From the NCBI GenBank assembly GCA_018509705.1, contig GCA_018509705.1_3630.1: a DNA stretch of 64,000 nucleotides, one strand, 5' to 3'. Each line of letters starts with the position of its first letter. Position 1 is the stretch's first letter. The notes under the pieces are model-generated. The model saw only the letters and a program-made list of their open reading frames with translations. It searched no databases and was not told where the DNA came from. Made by a program: the position numbers and the translations under genes. This DNA is from a phage. Below, in pieces: positions 45,983 to 54,694 of the stretch.

Positions 45983-46120
45983 TTATTTTACTTCCCAAAC
46001 GGAAAATTCACTACCTGGCGGAATCATCTTTTTAATCTTGTTTGCTGCTGCTACCAGATCCACGGCTTGTACTGTAATAATATAACCAATTGTCGAGGCT
46101 GTTGCGTTGAAAGTTTTCAT
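45983..46120 (-). CDS. Small protein (45 aa)
   Basis: Hand-translated MKTFNATASTIGYIITVQAVDLVAAANKIKKMIPPGSEFSVWEVK; GAGGG RBS. Confidence 0.35.
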   Translation of the reverse strand: MKTFNATASTIGYIITVQAVDLVAAANKIKKMIPPGSEFSVWEVK

Positions 46121-46457
46121 TAAATTACCCTCATTAATGGCGGGAAGTATTCCCGCGCTATGTAGTACACTTTACCAGATTGTTGACTGTTGTCAAACTA
46201 TTTTAACGATAATCATCATATGCTTTATTGACCTGGCGAATATAACATTCAAAAGCTAGATCAATAGATTTATATTCACGGATATATTCACCATAGGAAA
46301 CCACATACATTTCTATAGCTTCCTCATATGCGAGGAGAATAGAATCTAAGCCTACGATCTCAGTCTTTGCAATAATAGCCATGATTTTTATCCTCTTTGT
46401 GGTTGGTGGGGCTTGTTGCCCCCTTTGATTTATATTCTACAGTCTTATAAGGTCATG

Positions 46458-46691
46458 TCAACTATTTTCAAAAAATTTTTCTGCTGTAATATTTTTCCCG
46501 GTAGGGTTCGCTACTTTCAAAATTTTATCATGCACTGGACGCCCAAAAGAATAAGCGCCGTACACAGTGCACCAATAATCGCCGTCAGGCTGTACTATTA
46601 CAGCCGCATAGGGTACGCCTTTTTCGTTTTTGCTGACAAAATAGATCACGTTGCCATTAATAGCCTCGGCGCGTTTAATTTGTTCCATCAT
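46458..46691 (-). CDS. Hypothetical protein
   Basis: 77-aa ORF with AGAGAGG RBS preceded by GC hairpin. Confidence 0.45.
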   Translation of the reverse strand: MMEQIKRAEAINGNVIYFVSKNEKGVPYAAVIVQPDGDYWCTVYGAYSFGRPVHDKILKVANPTGKNITAEKFFENS

Positions 46692-46747
46692 GATGATTTG
46701 CCTCTCTTTATTTTCATAATTGGGGGGCCTTTTCGGCCCCGCCAGGT

Positions 46748-47032
46748 TTATTTATTGATAGCGTGCAGCGGGAAAGGTACGCCAGGTTGATAGATAACTT
46801 TTACAACCTCATCAGAGCAAAAGAAATTACAAAATTCACCCTGATAAGCCTCATCCTCTTTTAATTCTTCATCAACATACTGGAAAAAGTAGTCAATGCT
46901 TGGATAATCCTGACCGGGATTATATTCAACCATGGTTAATAACAATTCTTGATCATTCCGTATGATATGCATACCAGCTTTTAAGTATTTGGCTTCCATT
47001 TCTACTACATCGCCAACGGTAACAATAGCCAT
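46748..47032 (-). CDS. Hypothetical protein
   Basis: 94-aa ORF. Confidence 0.45.
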   Translation of the reverse strand: MAIVTVGDVVEMEAKYLKAGMHIIRNDQELLLTMVEYNPGQDYPSIDYFFQYVDEELKEDEAYQGEFCNFFCSDEVVKVIYQPGVPFPLHAINK

Positions 47033-47169
47033 GGTTTTAACTCCTATCTATCCGGTTAATGATTGGAGGCCTCACCGCCCCCCGACACCCTTTATTATCC
47101 ATATTGTAGGACTTGATGCAAGTACTTCTTTAAAAATTTTTTAAGCGCCTTGGGGGCCGCTGTAACGCC

Positions 47170-47200
47170 AAAATAATAAAGGCTATGCAACCGCATAGCC
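47170..47200 (-). terminator. Rho-independent terminator (- strand)
   Basis: GGCTATGCAACCGCATAGCC hairpin followed on - strand by T-rich tract. Confidence 0.5.
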
Positions 47201-47238
47201 TTTATGTGATTATATCGCTGCAGGCCCTGCCAGGGGCC

Positions 47239-47589
47239 TTATTTTGCATTCTTTCCTATATTGCCGCTACGGTACCAGCGTTTACGGTGAAAATGGTAAT
47301 AATCACCATCGGCATTAAACATCAGATGATTTTCAATAACCAGCTTACGAAGGTGGGCCGGATCTTGTTCCATTCTTGCCAGATTCTGGCGGCTGTTACG
47401 TAAGCGGATAAATTCTATATTCAGGCCGTTGATTGCAGCATGGATGTCAAAGTAACCACCTTTGAGACGTTCACGCATGGCGTTAAGCTCAACACAATAT
47501 ACAGATTTCTCACAAATCAAGGTATTAGCCAGGGCGCGGACCTGGGCAAGAGGGTTAAGCTCATTAAGGTAATATAGTTTTACTTTCAT
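47239..47589 (-). CDS. Hypothetical protein
   Basis: 116-aa ORF. Confidence 0.45.
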   Translation of the reverse strand: MKVKLYYLNELNPLAQVRALANTLICEKSVYCVELNAMRERLKGGYFDIHAAINGLNIEFIRLRNSRQNLARMEQDPAHLRKLVIENHLMFNADGDYYHFHRKRWYRSGNIGKNAK

Positions 47590-47606
47590 AAAATCACCTG
47601 CTGAAA

Positions 47607-47927
47607 TTAGTTTGAGAAAACATCGTTCACAATAGCGATCACAATGCCGCCCACCTTGTCACGGTCAACAATGCACAAATCACCATAGATCATGTGGTAG
47701 TCTGGATGATCTTTGACGGAATAGTCGATAAGTGTTTTCTTGTCATCCAGCTTACTAACTTCCATTCTCATAACGATATGAGAATCATCAAAGGCATTAT
47801 TCCGAAAAGTCATAACCTGACCGCCAGGGCACCCGGTGATTTCCACCTCCACGCCGTCTACGATCTGACCATCAAAGAAATAAAGATTATTAGCCTGGAT
47901 AAACATGATCATTACTCCTTTTTGCAC
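47607..47927 (-). CDS. Hypothetical protein
   Basis: 106-aa ORF. Confidence 0.45.
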   Translation of the reverse strand: MQKGVMIMFIQANNLYFFDGQIVDGVEVEITGCPGGQVMTFRNNAFDDSHIVMRMEVSKLDDKKTLIDYSVKDHPDYHMIYGDLCIVDRDKVGGIVIAIVNDVFSN

Positions 47928-47950
47928 TGATTATTTTAACAGGGTTTAAA

Positions 47951-47994
47951 TTTACTTTATTGATGGCCCTGGAGTCAAGGCCATCTAAAAATAA
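47951..47994 (-). promoter_or_regulatory. 44-bp conserved element, copy 1 (palindrome GATGGCC-N10-GGCCATC containing a - strand TTGACT)
   Basis: Near-identical to copies at 51667 and 52288; sits just upstream of a - strand gene. Confidence 0.55.
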
Positions 47995-47997
47995 ATT

Positions 47998-48198
47998 TTA
48001 CAGGCCTACAATCTCTTTAATTCGTTTTACTGCTGCCTCAGCGCCTTGAGGGTAAAAATTATGGTAACCAATCACGCGAGTGATACTAATCGCCGTTTGA
48101 TGATCTTCATAATCACCTTTAAAGATTTCTTGACCGTCAATCAGCACGGCAATTTTTTCTTCTTTTTTGAAGTTAATAACGCGGATATTGTTGCTCAT
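47998..48198 (-). CDS. Hypothetical protein
   Basis: 66-aa ORF with AAGGAGA RBS. Confidence 0.4.
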   Translation of the reverse strand: MSNNIRVINFKKEEKIAVLIDGQEIFKGDYEDHQTAISITRVIGYHNFYPQGAEAAVKRIKEIVGL

Positions 48199-48339
48199 TT
48201 TGTTTCTCCTTTTGGAACTTTGTCTATGCGGTGGGGAGTGTCTCCCCGTTGATTGTTATTATCCATATTCTGGATCGGATTGCAACACTCAGGGAGAAAA
48301 AAATTTGAAAAGTTAGGCCCCCATGATCGGGGGCCGTTC

Positions 48340-48459
48340 TTAGTTACTTACAGCGATAAAGTACATCCCTACGCCTAGCAATATTTCAAGGGCGATAATC
48401 TCAAGCCATACCATAACGCGGCGCACCTTATCGGTGCATGGCTTATCCTTGGTTGTCAT
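48340..48459 (-). CDS. Small hydrophobic peptide (39 aa)
   Basis: Hand-translated MTTKDKPCTDKVRRVMVWLEIIALEILLGVGMYFIAVSN; GGGGAG RBS. Confidence 0.35.
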   Translation of the reverse strand: MTTKDKPCTDKVRRVMVWLEIIALEILLGVGMYFIAVSN

Positions 48460-48625
48460 CGTCTCCCCCTTTCCTTCTGGTAGTAGTGACGCGATCTACA
48501 ATGGCCCCCAGGAGTCCTATCACGACACACACCACAAGAAAAATTATCTCCGCTGTTGTTCGATCCATTGTTATAAAATTCCTCAAGATCAGGCCTGAAA
48601 ATAAAGCGTTCGTTATTGAATCCAT
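48443..48625 (-). CDS. Small membrane protein
   Basis: 60-aa ORF with TM segment IIFLVVCVVIGLLGAIV. Confidence 0.35.
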   Translation of the reverse strand: MDSITNALFSGLILRNFITMDRTTAEIIFLVVCVVIGLLGAIVDRVTTTRRKGGDDDNQG

Positions 48626-48678
48626 CCCGCCAGGCGGCTGGCTTCAAATCTTCACTAAAGGGGTTAATTAACGTGGCA

Positions 48679-49083
48679 TTATTTAAACGGCTGGTCCACA
48701 TATTTTCTATTCCTCTCAAATAGGCGATCCGCCTCAGTTAAACAAATCTCATGGGCGTGATCTCTGGTTTTAGCTTCATCGAAAACCTGTTGTGCAAGGC
48801 TGCAACGTAGGGAGACTGGAAGATCACTATAATAGGCGTTGACAAACGTTTGAGCGTCGTACAGGTCTGAAAATACTTTACCCTTTCTATTATTCCCCTT
48901 GTCAACAATTGCAAGGATAACCAATACAATAGTTGCAACCACCCCCAGGAAAATAGATATAATAAACCATAAAAAGGCGGATCTTCCCATCTTGCCAGCG
49001 ATCCAGGCGTTAAACAAGGCAACCAATACAGCCAAAATAATAAATTCCATTCTATGTACCTCTTTTACAGTTCTGATTAACAA
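48679..49083 (-). CDS. Membrane protein (two TM helices); start uncertain
   Basis: Hydrophobic segments FIILAVLVALFNAWIA and FLWFIISIFLGVVATIVLVILAIV. Confidence 0.45.
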   Translation of the reverse strand: MLIRTVKEVHRMEFIILAVLVALFNAWIAGKMGRSAFLWFIISIFLGVVATIVLVILAIVDKGNNRKGKVFSDLYDAQTFVNAYYSDLPVSLRCSLAQQVFDEAKTRDHAHEICLTEADRLFERNRKYVDQPFK

Positions 49084-49114
49084 TAAGGCGGCAAATATGC
49101 CGCCTGCTACCTGA

Positions 49115-49495
49115 TTAAAAATTATCGCCGTAAATCTTTCCGCTTTCTACCCATACCACCACGCGAGGCATACTATCCCACACGTCTTGTTTTAGATTGA
49201 GCGCGTGCAATTCTTCGGTGGTGCTCATACCGGGCACGGGCTGATTGTATACTGCAAAACGACCGCCTGCATAATCATAGGCCAGGGTTAAATCACACTG
49301 GATCATCTTTTTGATCATGGCATTAAGCATGGCGTTAGCCGCATATTGATCACGTTTTAAAGGCAACTCTTTGATTAGTTTGCGATAGTTTTCGATATGG
49401 TCGCACACTGTTTCACGAGGAAGATCTTTCATATCTTCACGGAATGTAACCAGGTTAAACATAACGGTGTCAATAGCCTTGGTAGTGTTTTTCAT
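49115..49495 (-). CDS. Hypothetical protein
   Basis: 126-aa ORF with AAGAGGA RBS. Confidence 0.45.
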   Translation of the reverse strand: MKNTTKAIDTVMFNLVTFREDMKDLPRETVCDHIENYRKLIKELPLKRDQYAANAMLNAMIKKMIQCDLTLAYDYAGGRFAVYNQPVPGMSTTEELHALNLKQDVWDSMPRVVVWVESGKIYGDNF

Positions 49496-49585
49496 GATGT
49501 TATCCTCTTTGTTTTGTGTTGGGGCAAACGTCTTGCCACCTTGAGTTTTAATATAGCAGGTTTTTAGGTTATTGCAACACTTTAT

Positions 49586-49963
49586 TTATGAAAAAGTCAT
49601 CTCACCATATTCATCGACATCAAACCGCCAATCATTGGCCTCGATAAGGCCGATCAGGTTTTCTGCGGTGAACTGTTCTAGATAGGCCTCCTCCAGGTCT
49701 ACGTAAACCTTGCGGGATAGCTCCCGTACCGTCTCGGTGATCAGTTCTTCCAGGTCTTCCACTTTGTTTTCTTGTTTGGCGGTCAGATCTAGCCAAGTGG
49801 TATCAATGTACCCGCTTACAGTGTTTTCATGGCTGTAATGGCTGTACTTGTCGCGTTCAACACTGGCTGATAACTCGCCATCGTGCATTGTGCCGAACAA
49901 GTGACGAATTGATCGGAACTTGGTCAGGGCCTTTACTTTACGCAAAAATTTTTCTAAATCCAC
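49586..49963 (-). CDS. Hypothetical protein
   Basis: 125-aa acidic ORF. Confidence 0.45.
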   Translation of the reverse strand: MDLEKFLRKVKALTKFRSIRHLFGTMHDGELSASVERDKYSHYSHENTVSGYIDTTWLDLTAKQENKVEDLEELITETVRELSRKVYVDLEEAYLEQFTAENLIGLIEANDWRFDVDEYGEMTFS

Positions 49964-50020
49964 GTTTTCAGCACTGATTGACGCGCCGTCACCCTGGCAC
50001 CAAAAGCCTGACCAATGTAC

Positions 50021-50209
50021 TTAGGTATCTTCAAGGCCATACTCTGGAAAAACATATTCTTTATAGTATTCAATTACACTTTCTGCAAAAAAGTTATCCC
50101 CGCTGTGTTCTTCTCTTTCGCGGACCATTTCAACGGCTTTTTCTTTTTGTTCGTCGGTCAGCACGTCGAAAGATAAATTGTAACCTGCGGTAATGTTAAC
50201 GGTGGTCAT
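50021..50209 (-). CDS. Hypothetical protein
   Basis: 62-aa ORF downstream of promoter and leader hairpin. Confidence 0.45.
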   Translation of the reverse strand: MTTVNITAGYNLSFDVLTDEQKEKAVEMVREREEHSGDNFFAESVIEYYKEYVFPEYGLEDT

Positions 50210-50266
50210 GATATTTTCTCCTATTTTCTTTGTTAGTGGCGGGAAGTTTTCCCGCCTGTGTGTTTA

Positions 50267-50294
50267 AGTATACTTATTGAGGCTTACTTGTCAA
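50267..50294 (-). promoter_or_regulatory. Sigma70-type promoter on - strand (TTGACA-16-TATACT)
   Basis: Read directly on reverse complement. Confidence 0.55.
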
Positions 50295-50544
50295 CACTAT
50301 TTTTTAAATTATTGTGGCGCAAAATGTTTAAAATCTCCTCAACGTCATCAACACGGCGGCAATTTTTAAACGCTACCAATTGCCCCATGATTTTAATCAC
50401 TGGGCGGCCTTGCCAGTGCCCCTGAAGAAAGCGCGCCCTGACTTTATCGGTGGAACTATCACGCCACCAAATAGCCTTGTTGTTGCAGTAGTAAAAATTA
50501 TTCAGGATAACATCAACTTTATCAAAATTTTTTAATTTACGCAT
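50284..50544 (-). CDS. Hypothetical protein
   Basis: 86-aa ORF. Confidence 0.4.
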   Translation of the reverse strand: MRKLKNFDKVDVILNNFYYCNNKAIWWRDSSTDKVRARFLQGHWQGRPVIKIMGQLVAFKNCRRVDDVEEILNILRHNNLKNSVDK

Positions 50545-50762
50545 GGCGTTTACTCCTTTCTCTCTTTGATGTGGTTAGTATAGCTAACCTGTTGACGATG
50601 TCAATGATATTTTTAACGCCATGAAACGGCCCTGGGCGATGTTTTCAGGTTAAAGGGGGCGATTGCATAGGTGGGGGCCTTTTTGGCGCTTACAGGGCCA
50701 ACCAGGGGCGCTATTCGTAGGATAGAAATAAAAAGCCCCGCACAATGGCGGGGCGTTGGTTG

Positions 50763-50984
50763 TTATTTGTCTTTATGGCGGTATCGTTCTGCCTGTCGTT
50801 CACGTTCCAAAAGTAGGCCGGGCAATTTACGATCATAATGATTACGCCAGATCTTCCCAAACCTTTTTGGCTTATTCAGTTTATTGTTACGCTGGCGGCG
50901 TTCTGGCAGCTCTTCGGAATCATGAGGGCGCTTTACAATTTTCTCGAAATTAATTTTCATATATTCCCCCCTTGCTAACTTCAA
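50763..50984 (-). CDS. Small highly basic protein
   Basis: 73 aa rich in R/K. Confidence 0.4.
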   Translation of the reverse strand: MKLARGEYMKINFEKIVKRPHDSEELPERRQRNNKLNKPKRFGKIWRNHYDRKLPGLLLERERQAERYRHKDK

Positions 50985-51303
50985 TATTGGCCTGAATAGC
51001 CCGGATACGGCGCTTTATAACTTCCTGATCTGTGTGGTCGTATCCCCAAAAGTCTACAATTTTTGCGCCCCCCGCCTCCAGGCGGTATAGTGTTTCCTGC
51101 ATTTTGTAAGCCGGGATCGGTCGCGGTGTTACTTGGTCACCTTCTTTATTTTTATACTTTATAATATAATCTTCGTTATCGTTGAATGCCCAAAATGGAT
51201 ATTCTGCAAGGGCGGTACTTCCTCTTTCCTTTTTATCCTGGATCTTATTTACAATTAAAGCCGTAGCAATAGCGCCAATAATAAAACTTGCCCCGCTGAT
51301 CAT
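50950..51303 (-). CDS. Hypothetical protein with N-terminal TM segment
   Basis: 117-aa ORF; hydrophobic N-terminus. Confidence 0.45.
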   Translation of the reverse strand: MISGASFIIGAIATALIVNKIQDKKERGSTALAEYPFWAFNDNEDYIIKYKNKEGDQVTPRPIPAYKMQETLYRLEAGGAKIVDFWGYDHTDQEVIKRRIRAIQANIEVSKGGIYEN

Positions 51304-51377
51304 GTACTTTCTCCTTTCATGGTGTTAATAAATTATCTTTATAGATGGCCCTGCAACCAGGACCACCGAAAAAATAA

Positions 51378-51623
51378 CTATTTCACAATGCCTACAAAAC
51401 AGATCCCGCCTTCACCTATATAAGCAATATCGGTCACTTTATAACTTGTCAAGATCTGCTTATTTAGTTCATTAATAAAATCGGTCATTGCGTTGGTGTA
51501 GTTGTCTTCCGTGTCTAAGGCATAATCCCAGGTGTACACCTTTTTACGTCCGAAGCCTTTTACCATGATACGGGCGCTTTTGGTGTTGGTAGGGGCATAA
51601 TATTTGGTGATTAGTGCTGCCAT
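51378..51623 (-). CDS. Hypothetical protein
   Basis: 81-aa ORF downstream of element copy 2. Confidence 0.45.
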   Translation of the reverse strand: MAALITKYYAPTNTKSARIMVKGFGRKKVYTWDYALDTEDNYTNAMTDFINELNKQILTSYKVTDIAYIGEGGICFVGIVK

Positions 51624-51666
51624 GGTTTTAACTCCTATGCATTAGTTCAGTGTTAACAGTATAAAG

Positions 51667-51710
51667 TTTACTTTATTGATGGCCCTGGTGTCAAGGCCAT
51701 CTAAAAATAA
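51667..51710 (-). promoter_or_regulatory. 44-bp conserved element, copy 2
   Basis: TTTACTTTATTGATGGCCCTGGTGTCAAGGCCATCTAAAAATAA. Confidence 0.55.
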
Positions 51711-51712
51711 GC

Positions 51713-52054
51713 TTACTCGTTTTCTTCCAGCTCCGCAAGCTCTTCTTTTGCTTCTTCTAACTCTGTCTGTAATTCCTGGTATTCTTCATCGTCCTCAATA
51801 TCCAGGCTGTCGATGTAGTCGCTAAATCCGCAGCGGTAAGCGATAGGATCTAGCTCCTTGAGGATACGCGACGGAAGAAAAGAAATGTTTCCGATCATAA
51901 TTTCGCCGTAGATCTCGTCTAACCATTCATCATAGTTTTCGTCGTACTTGTCCTCGTCGATTTCAAAGTTATCGATCTTATTCTCAAGGTCTGCGATCTG
52001 TTTTTTCAGTTCAGCGATCTGCATAGCTTTTTCTGAGGCGGTCATAGTAGTCAT
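51713..52054 (-). CDS. Highly acidic coiled-coil protein
   Basis: 113 aa, D/E-rich with heptad-like spacing. Confidence 0.45.
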   Translation of the reverse strand: MTTMTASEKAMQIAELKKQIADLENKIDNFEIDEDKYDENYDEWLDEIYGEIMIGNISFLPSRILKELDPIAYRCGFSDYIDSLDIEDDEEYQELQTELEEAKEELAELEENE

Positions 52055-52105
52055 GGTGTTTTTCTCCTTTTGTGTGTTCTGGGAAGTTTTCCCGTTTATG
52101 TGCTT

Positions 52106-52133
52106 ATTATATCGATTTAAGTTAGCTTGTCAA
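52106..52133 (-). promoter_or_regulatory. Sigma70-type promoter on - strand (TTGACA-16-TATAAT)
   Basis: Read directly on reverse complement. Confidence 0.55.
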
Positions 52134-52253
52134 TTAAAAGTTTAAGAAAAATTTTGCGACACCGTTGGCGCTACCCATCAACATTTGCGCCAGGATGTAC
52201 CCAATGATGCAAACGATGATGGTTACCTTTGTGTGCTGGCGTGTAGTGCTCAT
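52134..52253 (-). CDS. Small hydrophobic peptide (39 aa)
   Basis: Hand-translated MSTTRQHTKVTIIVCIIGYILAQMLMGSANGVAKFFLNF; AAAGGAGG RBS. Confidence 0.4.
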   Translation of the reverse strand: MSTTRQHTKVTIIVCIIGYILAQMLMGSANGVAKFFLNF

Positions 52254-52287
52254 CTTTAAGCCTCCTTTTCCGCTCAACTGTGGTTAG

Positions 52288-52331
52288 TTTACTTTATTGA
52301 TGGCCCTGGTGTCAAGGCCATCTAAAAATAA
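52288..52331 (-). promoter_or_regulatory. 44-bp conserved element, copy 3
   Basis: Identical core to copy 2. Confidence 0.55.
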
Positions 52332-52333
52332 AC

Positions 52334-52729
52334 TCAATAAGTTTTTAGTACTTTCCCGTCCAATCTGTCAAGCTGGATCTCGATAGCTGCAGAAAACCTA
52401 TTGTAAACCACATCGCCCAGGGAGTCCAGCCAATCTATGACGTTATATACCTGCTCTTTATTCTTGCAAGTCCGGATCCGTTTCATTACGTAAGACGGAT
52501 CAATATTAGCGCTCTCGTTGTTGTGGTCCTGCGCCTGGCCTGCTGCGCTAGTTATAGATTTTACAACCACCTGAAAGGGCTTTAAGGTGCCTTTTGCGTT
52601 CATCTCACGCGCTTTTGCGGCGCGGTTGTTATATGTTACACAACGGCGGCAAATGTTGACCAAATGCATATCAATAATTTTTTCATCGTTTGCCAGTTCG
52701 TTCATGATGCGGCGTACGTTCTTGTTCAT
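52334..52729 (-). CDS. Hypothetical protein
   Basis: 131-aa ORF. Confidence 0.45.
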   Translation of the reverse strand: MNKNVRRIMNELANDEKIIDMHLVNICRRCVTYNNRAAKAREMNAKGTLKPFQVVVKSITSAAGQAQDHNNESANIDPSYVMKRIRTCKNKEQVYNVIDWLDSLGDVVYNRFSAAIEIQLDRLDGKVLKTY

Positions 52730-52811
52730 GATCTTTTTCCTTTGTGCTGGCGGGAAACATTCCCGCCTTTTGTGTCTAGTTTACTTAAATTTTGCAGCGT
52801 GTCAATGATTT

Positions 52812-53210
52812 TTATTCGTGGGCGCATGTTACAATGTGTTTTTTATAGCCCAGGTGGTCAGCAAGTGCCGACAAAAACTCTTCTTCGTAGATCCAGCCGT
52901 CGGCAGTGATCCCCATAGCATTTAATGCGCTCTCAAGTGCTGCGTTAGCTTTATCGTAACCGTGACCGCTCGCCTTGCCGCCAGTATAACCGTACTTATT
53001 GTTCTTGTTGTCGTGAATCCAAAACACGCAGTAGTGAGTGTTCCCGCTGGCGGCGGCATAATACCGGATCTCAGCTACTTCGTGCAAATTATTGTCATCG
53101 TCCAGGCCCACCAGATTATAAGCCTTGTAAAATCCACGATCACGGCGGCAGTTCTTGACATCAGAAAAAGAAAAGTCCGCATTATCAAAATTAAAGGTAG
53201 TGGTTTTCAT
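52812..53210 (-). CDS. Hypothetical protein
   Basis: 132-aa ORF. Confidence 0.45.
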   Translation of the reverse strand: MKTTTFNFDNADFSFSDVKNCRRDRGFYKAYNLVGLDDDNNLHEVAEIRYYAAASGNTHYCVFWIHDNKNNKYGYTGGKASGHGYDKANAALESALNAMGITADGWIYEEEFLSALADHLGYKKHIVTCAHE

Positions 53211-53274
53211 GATTTTATCCTCTTAGTGTCTTTTGTGTTTTTAGTGTATTTGGTGTCGGACTATATGTCAATAC

Positions 53275-53472
53275 TTATTTTTTATTAAACCAGTGGTTGA
53301 TCTGTCCTTTTGTCAGGGCGCAACGATTAAGCTGTTGCCGGGTATAGCTCTGACCGCGACGGAATTTATAAAGGCCTTGCCCGTTGTTGATGGTTACGTC
53401 CACCTGGCAAACCATTTGATCGGTGACCACCTGGCGAGTGTTGCGACGTACTTTGATCCCGTATGCGTTCAT
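53275..53472 (-). CDS. Small basic protein
   Basis: Start reset to internal Met with AAGAGGA RBS because a promoter overlaps the track start. Confidence 0.4.
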   Translation of the reverse strand: MNAYGIKVRRNTRQVVTDQMVCQVDVTINNGQGLYKFRRGQSYTRQQLNRCALTKGQINHWFNKK

Positions 53473-53522
53473 AAATTTATCCTCTTTACTGGTTAGTGCG
53501 GTGTTGTTCACCTTGTAGGGTA

Positions 53523-53550
53523 ATAATACCATGATTAACCTTGTTGTCAA
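53523..53550 (-). promoter_or_regulatory. Sigma70-type promoter on - strand (TTGACA-16-TATTAT)
   Basis: Read directly on reverse complement. Confidence 0.5.
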
Positions 53551-53837
53551 CGATTATTTTAAATTATTTTTATGATAGAATCCACCTGCCGCCCCCGCCA
53601 GGTTAACCACCATTTTTTCGTACTCTTCTTTATGTTCCCGCGCTTCTGTATCATTAATCACTACATTTCCCAGGTGAGTAGCATTACCTTTCATTTTTGT
53701 ACCTCCTCTTCAATTGTTTACCCTACAGCATGGGCCTACCAGGTTTGCAAGATTTCACCCTCTCCCACCTGGTCAGTTAGGTCCTGCCAGGTTGCAACGG
53801 TTAGCGCATCAGGTTAGAAAAATTTTTTGAAAAGGTG

Positions 53838-53866
53838 TTGACAGCGGCCCCGCCAGGGGGCACAAT
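53838..53866 (+). promoter_or_regulatory. Sigma70-type promoter on + strand inside the - strand block (TTGACA-17-CACAAT)
   Basis: Exact -35; no + strand ORF downstream. Confidence 0.4.
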
Positions 53867-54293
53867 ATACCTATCGAAAGGACGGCAGGCACCGGTGACG
53901 GGGGAGACAACCACCGGGGATGGGCGCTGCATAAAATGAGAACGGTTATCATTATCATTTAAAAATTTATGCAAAAAATCCTTGCCTTCTTTGTCCTGTG
54001 TGATACTATAATAACAAGCCGGGGCAACAGGGGCCGGGAGACAATCACCGGGCCTGCCCGTTATTCTGCAAACGAGAATGATTATCATTCAAAATTCTAA
54101 ATGAGAACTCCTCGCATTTAATAAATTTAATTAGCATGCTAATTACCCTCCGTAACAATTTCCTATAAAACAGTATCCCATAAAATATTCCCATATAGAA
54201 ATTTTAAAAATCCATTTCTGAAAACGAAAAATCGATTTCGTCCCCAAAAATTTCAGGTCGAGAGCTGGAACGATTTCCAGAAAATCCGATTCA

Positions 54294-54389
54294 GAAAACG
54301 AAAAACAGATCGAGTACTTGGAAATTTATCGAGAAAAATTTTCAGAAAATTCAATCTTTGAAACGAAAAACAGATCGAGTACTTGGAAA
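54294..54389. repeat. 30-bp direct repeat GAAAACGAAAAACAGATCGAGTACTTGGAAA (two near-identical copies 65 bp apart; degenerate third copy near 54219)
   Basis: Read directly in 1-kb non-coding island. Confidence 0.75.
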
Positions 54390-54694
54390 GCTGTACCGCA
54401 ACTTCAAGATAGTGGCTGGATTATTGCCATAAAAGGCCAAGGGCGAGTGGGAAAGTTCTGGTAGAAGGGTGTGAGCATACGCGGAAAATCTGGAATGGTA
54501 GCCCGGAATATGACGCAAACGATAGGATGAGTGGTTCAGCTCATCGTGTCTACCCTGAAAAATCCATTTTAGTTTTCGATCCGTTTTCTGATTTTCTAAG
54601 AATTTTAAAATATCTGGCCTGGTGAAATATCAAAAAGGAGGAAATCCATTTTAGAAATCCCCCTTATACTTGATATGCCAGAAATTTTCAAGTA

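Noticed and set aside
46203-46381. Small - strand ORF with a good RBS upstream of 46458
   Set aside because: Careful hand translation hits an in-frame TAG after 21 codons, so no meaningful ORF exists here; the region is leader/promoter sequence.
47951-47994. The 44-bp repeated palindrome as a rho-independent terminator
   Set aside because: Neither strand has the U-rich tract 3' of the hairpin; the element sits upstream of gene starts and contains a -35-like hexamer, so a promoter/operator reading fits better.
54200-54400. Possible CRISPR-like array suggested by the 30-bp direct repeats
   Set aside because: Only two good copies plus one degenerate copy, unequal spacing and no repeat-spacer regularity; better explained as iterons or regulatory repeats.
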